Virus record (IMG/VR): IMGVR_UViG_3300023106_000003
Span: 1-59,336 of that record
Source of the DNA: a virus
Taxonomy: Duplodnaviria > Caudoviricetes
Reading direction: 5' to 3' (one strand)
DNA length: 59,336 nucleotides
The notes below the pieces were generated by a model that was not told where the DNA came from, did not search any database, and saw nothing but the letters and a program-made list of their open reading frames with translations. Shown here piece by piece: positions 52,917 through 59,336 of this stretch (position 1 is the stretch's first letter; every line of letters starts with the position of its first letter). The translations under genes were made by a program, and so were the position numbers.

Positions 52917-55319
52917 ATGAATCGAAGCGAACACGCTGACGTCTATGATGGCGGGCAGACGGATGAAGAACGAGCAGAAGCCGAAGAGGCGACGCGCCAG
53001 GCGATCTTAGGTTCGCTGGCGAGTACCATCGTCCGTAAGCGCCGTGAGTTTGTGCAGGGCCGTGCGTCATTACTTATCGAAATGTCATGGCTTTCCGACG
53101 AGCAATTTTACGTCGGGTACGACGAAGCCAATGCCCACGAGTTCGCCAACTACGTCAACAAGCCAGTAGCGGGCGGCGGCTCCACCGAAGAAGACCGCGT
53201 TGCACCTGTACGCGGCTCCACCGTATTCCCCAACATCACACAGCCGTATGTCGACGCAGCCGCCGCGCGCGTGGGCGACATGCTGCTGCCGACCGATGAT
53301 CGCAACTTCGCGGTCGAGGCCACTCCGATCCCCGACATGTTCGGCGGTCTGGAAAAGTTCATGAAGAAGTCGGCACCGCAGCCGGCCGCCGCGCCTGTCG
53401 CACCGCCGGGTAGTATGCCTCAATCTGCCGACATGGGCGCTGCTGCTGTTCCCGGTGCTCCGATGCCTGTTGCTCCGCAAGCCGCGCCGGCTGAGCCTGA
53501 GCCGCAAGTGAACATCGGCGGCCAAGTGCTGCCTCTGTCGCAAGCTAAGGCCCAGTTCGACGCCATGAAGGAAGAGGCGGACCGCAAGGCCGAGAAGGCG
53601 CAGCTTCAGATTGACGACTGGCTGACCGAGTGCCAGTACAACGGCGAGCTGCGCAAGGTAATCGATGACTGCGCCCGCATTGGCTCGGGCGTGGTGAAGG
53701 GGCCGTTCCCGACCAAGCGCGTATCGCAGGAATGGCGCCGCAACGATGACGGCGTGTTCCAGATGATTATCACCGAGGAAATCAAGCCGTGCTCCGTGCG
53801 CGTCGATCCTTGGGACTTCTTCCCTGACCCAGCGTGCGGCGAGAACATCCACAACGGTTCCGGCACGTTTGAGCGTGACCGCATCTCTCCCAAGCAGCTT
53901 GAGGACTTGATCGGCACGCCAGGTTACAACGAGAAGGCGATATGGAATTGCCTGAACGAAGGCCCGATGCGCATGCAGGAGCCGGACCAGCGCAACATGC
54001 TGTCGACCGCGTTCCAGCAAAAGGAGCAGTTCGAAATCTGGTACTTCTACGGCAGCGTGCGCGTAGAGGAACTGATGGCCGCTGGTTGTGATTGCGAGGG
54101 CATGCAGCCTGAGAAGTCGTTCCCCGCCATCATCACACTGGTCAACAACCACATCATCAAGGCGTCGCTCAACCCGCTGGACAATGGCGAGTTCCCGTAC
54201 GACGTCATCCCTTGGAAGCGCCGTCCTGGCATTCCTTGGGGCTTGGGCGTGGCGCGTCAGATGCGCTACCCGCAGCGCATTGTCACGGCTGCCGCGCGCA
54301 ACCTGATGGACAACGCTGGCCTTGCCGCTGGTCCGCAGATCGTGTTCCGCTACGGCTTCGAACCTGAGAACGGATCGTGGGAAATCACGCCGCTCAAGGT
54401 GTGGATCGAGGGCGAAGGCGGCTCGGGCGCTCCCGCTGGTGGCTCGCCTGTTACGCCTGTTGTGATCCCGATGCTCCAGAAGGAGCTGATGGAAATCATC
54501 CAGTGGGGAACCAAGCTGGCCGAGGACGTGACTGGATTGCCGATGCTGCTGCAAGGTCAAGGCACTGGCGCACCTGATACGGTTGGCGGGCTTGTCCTGC
54601 TGGACAACAACGCAACCGCCGTGCTGCGCCGCTTCGCGCGGCAGTTCGACTCGCAACTGACCACGCCGCATATCTCCCGCTATTACGCATGGCTGATGTG
54701 CTACGGCGACGATAACGACGCCAAGGGTGACTTCCAAGTCAATGCGCGCGGCTCATCGGCGCTGGTTGAACGCAGCGTGCAGTCGCAAGAGTTGATAGGC
54801 GTTGTGCAACTCGCGCTCAATCCTGCTTACGGCAAGAGTCCGAAGAAGGCGATGGACGAGTATCTGCGCTCGCGCCGCTTCGACCCAGCCTCGTTCGACT
54901 TCTCCGAGGAAGAGAAGACGCAGATGGCGCAGCAGCAAGCACCGGAAGACCCGCGCATCGCAGCAGCGAAGATCATGGCCGAGTCGCGCCTCAAGGATAT
55001 CCAAGTACGCCAGCAAGGCGATCAAGGCATGTTGCAGTCGAAGCAGCAATTCGACGCAGCCGAAGCCGAGAAGGATCGTCAGTTGGAATTGATGATCGCG
55101 AAGATCGATACCGACGTCACGCAGTTCGAAACCGCAAATGGCCGCGAGATGAACAGCGAGGAAATCAAGGCGATGCTGGCGACGAGCGTGATGAAGATCC
55201 GCTCGCAAGAGAAGCTTTCCATGCTGACGACCGCGCAAGGAATCGCGACGAAGTACGCCACCAATCCTCCAACCGAACCAGCCGGCCGCGCAGCACCTGG
55301 CGCTGGCTACCAACAGTGA
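52917..55319 (+). CDS. Portal protein (podovirus type, with C-terminal helical barrel), 800 aa
   Basis: Follows terL; GSGVVKGPF, RVDPWDFFPDP, PWGLGV and a Gln-rich coiled-coil tail. Confidence 0.85.
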   Translation: MNRSEHADVYDGGQTDEERAEAEEATRQAILGSLASTIVRKRREFVQGRASLLIEMSWLSDEQFYVGYDEANAHEFANYVNKPVAGGGSTEEDRVAPVRGSTVFPNITQPYVDAAAARVGDMLLPTDDRNFAVEATPIPDMFGGLEKFMKKSAPQPAAAPVAPPGSMPQSADMGAAAVPGAPMPVAPQAAPAEPEPQVNIGGQVLPLSQAKAQFDAMKEEADRKAEKAQLQIDDWLTECQYNGELRKVIDDCARIGSGVVKGPFPTKRVSQEWRRNDDGVFQMIITEEIKPCSVRVDPWDFFPDPACGENIHNGSGTFERDRISPKQLEDLIGTPGYNEKAIWNCLNEGPMRMQEPDQRNMLSTAFQQKEQFEIWYFYGSVRVEELMAAGCDCEGMQPEKSFPAIITLVNNHIIKASLNPLDNGEFPYDVIPWKRRPGIPWGLGVARQMRYPQRIVTAAARNLMDNAGLAAGPQIVFRYGFEPENGSWEITPLKVWIEGEGGSGAPAGGSPVTPVVIPMLQKELMEIIQWGTKLAEDVTGLPMLLQGQGTGAPDTVGGLVLLDNNATAVLRRFARQFDSQLTTPHISRYYAWLMCYGDDNDAKGDFQVNARGSSALVERSVQSQELIGVVQLALNPAYGKSPKKAMDEYLRSRRFDPASFDFSEEEKTQMAQQQAPEDPRIAAAKIMAESRLKDIQVRQQGDQGMLQSKQQFDAAEAEKDRQLELMIAKIDTDVTQFETANGREMNSEEIKAMLATSVMKIRSQEKLSMLTTAQGIATKYATNPPTEPAGRAAPGAGYQQ

Positions 55320-55326
55320 GGGCGAC

Positions 55327-55554
55327 ATGGCGCGCAGCACGAGGATTCTGAGCAACATGGACATCGATACGGCGTGCTGGCGCAAGATCAAGCTGCACTG
55401 CAACGAGTCGCTGACCGAGATGCGCGCAAGGCTGGAGAACCCCCGAATTGAAGAGAGCGAGCGTGTCGCTCTGTGCTGGAAGATCGATACGGTCAAGGGG
55501 TTCCTTGCCCTCGGCGATCCAACACAAAAGGACGTGACAGGCGCAGGCGAATAG
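55327..55554 (+). CDS. Small conserved protein between portal and scaffold
   Basis: W..IK......L..MR..LEN pattern and position; start may be 55357. Confidence 0.65.
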   Translation: MARSTRILSNMDIDTACWRKIKLHCNESLTEMRARLENPRIEESERVALCWKIDTVKGFLALGDPTQKDVTGAGE

Positions 55555-55610
55555 CTTCCCCCTGTCGTTTTGGCCGGCCGATGGCTGGTGATTTTTAGGA
55601 GTAGGACGCA

Positions 55611-56519
55611 ATGAGCGAAGTAACTGAACCAGGTGTTGAAACGGCGCAGAACGATCATGCAGAGATGGATGATCTGATGGCCGGGTATAACGCACGCAGC
55701 GGTAATCCGCTCCCTGCTGACGTACCGCAAACCCAATCGGCTCAGCCGGAAAGCATCCCGGCCAACGAAGCGCCGAATGAAGCGCCGGGCGGTGAGCAAG
55801 TGCCACAGGAAGAACAGCCGAAGACCGCTGCTCAACTGATGGCCGAACAACTCGCCGCCTTCAAGGAAGAAGTTCGCGCCATGACGTCCAGTGGTGATTC
55901 CGATGCCGTTCGAAGGTTGCACGGCGAAATCGGAAACATCAACCGCACGCTGAAACAGTTGGAACCGAAGCCAGCCCCCGCTGTCGCGCCCGTTGACGAA
56001 GAGTTGACCGCCGCTATGCAAGGTGCCGAGAAGGTTACCGAAGACTTTCCAGAGTTTGGCGGCCCGCTGGTAGCGGCATTGAAAGCCGTGGAGAAAGCAG
56101 GGCGTCGACCGCAAGAGCAGCAAGGCATGACGCAGGAACAGATCGAAGCACAGATCGAAGCCCGCGCCAACCAGCTACTCGCGGCCGAGCAAGAGCGCCA
56201 GCGCAACGACTCGGTGAAGGTGTTGAAGATTGACCACCCTGACTATGACACCGTGATGCGCTCGAAAGAGTTCGACACGTGGGTCAATGCCAAGCCGGCC
56301 GATCTGCGGGAAACGATCATCCACACGGAAAACCCGTTGCTGGCGGCTCGCTTCCTGACCGAGTTCAAGGAATCACAGCGCGCGGTACAGCAAAAACAGA
56401 ACCGCCTGGCGTCAGCCGTCACCCCGAAAGGCGTGGCTGCACCGCCGGCACAATCGAAATTAACCGACGATGAACAACTGTGGGCTGGCTATAAAAGCCG
56501 CGCAGGACGTCGCATTTAA
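55611..56519 (+). CDS. Capsid scaffolding protein
   Basis: Acidic, helical, HPDYDTVM.S.EF..W motif; directly upstream of the major capsid gene. Confidence 0.75.
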   Translation: MSEVTEPGVETAQNDHAEMDDLMAGYNARSGNPLPADVPQTQSAQPESIPANEAPNEAPGGEQVPQEEQPKTAAQLMAEQLAAFKEEVRAMTSSGDSDAVRRLHGEIGNINRTLKQLEPKPAPAVAPVDEELTAAMQGAEKVTEDFPEFGGPLVAALKAVEKAGRRPQEQQGMTQEQIEAQIEARANQLLAAEQERQRNDSVKVLKIDHPDYDTVMRSKEFDTWVNAKPADLRETIIHTENPLLAARFLTEFKESQRAVQQKQNRLASAVTPKGVAAPPAQSKLTDDEQLWAGYKSRAGRRI

Positions 56520-56530
56520 AGAGGTCCATC

Positions 56531-57568
56531 ATGACTATCCAAACCTATGGCTTGCCAGCCGGCCGGATCAACAAGATCAAAGGCGAAATGCTGGCGATCG
56601 CGGAACCAGTTGAAGTCCTGTCGATCGGCTGCTCCATGAAGCCGTTCCCGAAGAACAAGGGCGACACGATGATCTATCGTGCGCGCATCCCGACTGGCGG
56701 TTCGACTGCCAACGCGAACAGCATCAACCGCTGGAACGTGAACGCCGCCGCGCACCAAGTGCAGGAAGGCGTCACCCCGCCAGCCGAGGCGCTGAACTAC
56801 CGTGACGTTACCGTCGTCATCCAGCAATACGCCTGCCTGTACAGCTACACCGACAAGGCCGCCGACATCAGCGAGGACGACATCCCGAAAGATCAGATGG
56901 AGCAGACCGCCGAGCGTATGGGCCTGGTCCGCGAAATGATCCGCTACGGCGTCATGAAGGCATCGAGCACCGTGCAGTACGCTGGCGGCCTGACCCGCGC
57001 CACCGTATCGAGCACCATCTCGTACAACATGCTGTCGCTGATGTCGCGCACGCTGAAGGGCAACCACGGCAAGATGAAGACGCAGATCCTGGCCGCCGGC
57101 CCTGCGTACGATACCTCGGCAATCGAGGCGTCGTACATCGTCTTCGTCCACACCGACGCCGAACACGACATCCGCCGCCTGGAAGACTTCGTGCCGCTGG
57201 CGAAGTATGCCGGCCGCAAGCCGATCAGCCCGTTCGAATTCGGCTCGATGAACAACTACCGCTTCATCACGTCGCCTGAGCTGGGTGCGTACCTGGATGC
57301 GGGCGCCACCGTGGCCGCCGCCGGTCTGTACTCGACCACCGGCACCAACATCGATGTCTACCCGTTCATCGTCTGCGCGGAAGAGTGCGTCAACGATGTG
57401 GCACTGAACGCCAACTTCAAGGTCATGCACATCCCGGCCGCGCAGGAAAGCAAGGAAGATCCGCTGGCTCAGCGTGGCTACGTCGGCGCCAAGTTCTGGA
57501 GCGCTGCCGTCGTGACCAACCCAGGCTGGATCGGTGTGATCGAGGCTGGTGTCACCAACCTGACGTAA
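56531..57568 (+). CDS. Major capsid protein (N4 gp56-like family)
   Basis: P.NKGDTMIYR, EGVTP, QYACL, EFG....RFI.SP, DPLAQRGYVGAKFW; strongly biased codons. Confidence 0.9.
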   Translation: MTIQTYGLPAGRINKIKGEMLAIAEPVEVLSIGCSMKPFPKNKGDTMIYRARIPTGGSTANANSINRWNVNAAAHQVQEGVTPPAEALNYRDVTVVIQQYACLYSYTDKAADISEDDIPKDQMEQTAERMGLVREMIRYGVMKASSTVQYAGGLTRATVSSTISYNMLSLMSRTLKGNHGKMKTQILAAGPAYDTSAIEASYIVFVHTDAEHDIRRLEDFVPLAKYAGRKPISPFEFGSMNNYRFITSPELGAYLDAGATVAAAGLYSTTGTNIDVYPFIVCAEECVNDVALNANFKVMHIPAAQESKEDPLAQRGYVGAKFWSAAVVTNPGWIGVIEAGVTNLT

Positions 57569-57574
57569 TGACGC

Positions 57575-57597
57575 GCCCCGCTTCGGCGGGGTTCTTC
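57575..57597 (+). terminator. Hairpin/terminator after the capsid gene
   Basis: gccccgc-ttcg-gcggggt-tctt. Confidence 0.65.
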
Positions 57598-57619
57598 ACA
57601 AACAATCGAAGGAATCATC

Positions 57620-58117
57620 ATGCATAACCAAATCAACTTCCGTGGCGTGACGAAGAACAATGTCAACGCTGGCCTGACTGCTGGCACCACCAGCACCTAC
57701 ACCACCACCGCGACGACTGTCACCGAGAACCGTGGCTACTTCGGCACCGGCCTGACGGCGCAGACCAACACCGCAAGCCCGACTCTGGACGCGGCTACCG
57801 GTCTGGCATTCGTTCCGCTGTCGCCGAACAAAGCAACGGTTCTGGTGTGGGGCGTCAACGCCGCCGGCGCGATCCAAGTCGCACAAGGCACCATCGTTGA
57901 CACCGCACCGGGCGTGACGACCACTGTCGGCGCTTTCAACCTGGCGCCGCTGTTCCCGACCATCCCCGACGACTTCGTGCCGATCGCCTACAGCCTGCAC
58001 CGCACCGCCCCATCGGCTGCGCTGTGGACTCCAGGCACCGGCGCATGGGCCGCGTCGGGCGTGTCGAGCACGTTCCGTAACGTGTCCACGCTGCCGGAAC
58101 GTCCGCAAGTATCGTAA
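57620..58117 (+). CDS. Putative capsid decoration protein
   Basis: Thr/Ala/Gly-rich beta protein after the MCP; followed by hairpin cctcccca-ttcg-tggggagg. Confidence 0.6.
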   Translation: MHNQINFRGVTKNNVNAGLTAGTTSTYTTTATTVTENRGYFGTGLTAQTNTASPTLDAATGLAFVPLSPNKATVLVWGVNAAGAIQVAQGTIVDTAPGVTTTVGAFNLAPLFPTIPDDFVPIAYSLHRTAPSAALWTPGTGAWAASGVSSTFRNVSTLPERPQVS

Positions 58118-58189
58118 CAACCGCAGTTCTTCCGAAAAGCACTATGACCTCCCCATTCGTGGGGAGGCTAAAAATTAAGGAGTAACAAC

Positions 58190-58756
58190 ATGTTGTGGAA
58201 ACACTTTAAAGGCTTGCGCCTGGAAGCTGAAATTCTGACGCTGCGCGGCTCCATCCTGAGTCACATCTTCCCTAACGGCGTGAAGCAAAGCGCATTCATG
58301 TCGTCCATCGTGCGCTTGGCTTCGGCCGCGACGCGCAATGTTGCGCTGACGGCTACCACCACCATCGACGCGACCTACTCGGCCGATCGCAACCTCATCA
58401 TGAATGCTGCGGTTGCGGCTACCTTCACGCTGCCAAACGCAACCGGCAGCGGGAACCGGTTCCGTTTCGTCGTGGGTGCTGTGAACACGAGCAGCTACAT
58501 CATCAAGTCCAGTCGTGGCGCCGATCTGATGAAGGGCATCGTCTTCAACTCCAACAGCGCATCGGCCGGTGCCACGCGCGGCTGGAACCCAGCAGCGACG
58601 GACGACACTTTCACGCTGAACGGCACTACCACCGGCGGCTCCGCTGTTGGTGACTGGGCCATCTTCGAAGACGCTGGCGTCAACCTGTGGATCGTCCACG
58701 GCATGACCACCGCCAACGCCGCGCCGGCCACTCCGTTCAGCGACACTGTAGCTTAA
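58190..58756 (+). CDS. Putative virion decoration/fibre protein
   Basis: RBS taaggag; TFTLPNATGSG.RFRF...TLNGTTTGG...ATPFS; followed by hairpin gccgcc-ttcg-ggcggc. Confidence 0.65.
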   Translation: MLWKHFKGLRLEAEILTLRGSILSHIFPNGVKQSAFMSSIVRLASAATRNVALTATTTIDATYSADRNLIMNAAVAATFTLPNATGSGNRFRFVVGAVNTSSYIIKSSRGADLMKGIVFNSNSASAGATRGWNPAATDDTFTLNGTTTGGSAVGDWAIFEDAGVNLWIVHGMTTANAAPATPFSDTVA

Positions 58757-58801
58757 TCGTAACAGCCGCCTTCGGGCGGCGCCTCTTTCAGGAGAACCGC
58801 A

Positions 58802-59317
58802 ATGACCCGTCAATACGCCAAGAACACTATCGCCGCACCATCCGGCGCCCAGCACACCGACGACACGGAAATCGGAGCGCAGCCTGATCGCGTGATGAAA
58901 AGCACCGGCGATGCTGCTGAATCACTGACCCCTGGCGCCGCCGACTTCGCCAAGATCGCCGAAACCCCGATGGACGACGACTACCGCGCGAACATGGCGT
59001 TCATGCAGGAAAACGTCGACATTATGGTCCCGGAAACCGATGATCCGCAAGCCGAACATATCTTCGAAATCAACATCAATGGCCGCGCCTTCTTCTTCCG
59101 TCGCGGCGAGAACAAGACCGTTCCGCGCTATGTCGCCGACCACATGCTACGCATGAAGCGCACGATCTACGTGCAGAAGGATGCGGTCAACGCAGATGGC
59201 GTCAAGGACATCCTGCACCAATCCCGCACGAGCCTGAAATACCCGTTCATGCTGGTGCGTGACGCAAGCCCGAACTCGCAAGCCTGGTTCAAGTTCACCT
59301 CTGCACTGCGCGGCTAA
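58802..59317 (+). CDS. Conserved phage morphogenesis-region protein
   Basis: RBS aggag; INGRAFFFRRGENKTVPRYVA...YPF motif. Confidence 0.7.
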   Translation: MTRQYAKNTIAAPSGAQHTDDTEIGAQPDRVMKSTGDAAESLTPGAADFAKIAETPMDDDYRANMAFMQENVDIMVPETDDPQAEHIFEININGRAFFFRRGENKTVPRYVADHMLRMKRTIYVQKDAVNADGVKDILHQSRTSLKYPFMLVRDASPNSQAWFKFTSALRG

Positions 59318-59336
59318 CCGGGGCGTCTCATGCAAA
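59210..59336. repeat. Terminal direct repeat (identical to 1-127)
   Basis: Exact match to the start of the window. Confidence 0.95.

Noticed and set aside
53085-56123. Long antisense ORFs (550 aa at 53085-54737, 456 aa at 54753-56123; similarly 5612-6685 and 6692-7762)
   Set aside because: Shadow frames opposite well-supported GC-rich genes, with no RBS or recognisable motifs.

Overview
This window looks like a complete, circularly assembled dsDNA tailed-phage genome. Bases 1-127 repeat exactly at 59210-59336, giving a unit length of about 59,209 bp. The morphogenesis genes are podovirus-type: TerS/TerL, portal, scaffold, major capsid, adaptor/nozzle, tail fibre, ejection proteins and a 2,227-aa polyvalent protein. 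No tape measure or tail tube gene is visible. A lysis cassette follows (holin candidates, lysozyme-like endolysin, overlapping Rz/Rz1 spanins). Two divergent early arms have lambdoid features: Cro-like HTH, NinB, a dual-frame C5 methyltransferase, NinG, an O-like initiator with iterons, DnaB, SPFH and Rha on the left; ERF, YqaJ exonuclease and Ead/Ea22-like genes on the right. I found no integrase, CI repressor or partition genes. The most unusual content is non-coding. A promoter-to-terminator, ~900-nt stretch without a convincing gene (24024-24957, minus strand) is built from tRNA-like modules, including a circularly permuted 73-nt tRNA mimic with YrlA/Y-RNA-like topology but no Ro/Rsr gene. 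There are also three C4-type antisense switches with different pairing codes and a separate ~100-nt structured RNA after the lysis genes. All product names come from motif recognition by eye; no database searches or folding programs were run. The host is probably a Gram-negative proteobacterium (inferred from spanins, sigma70-type promoters and lambdoid genes).
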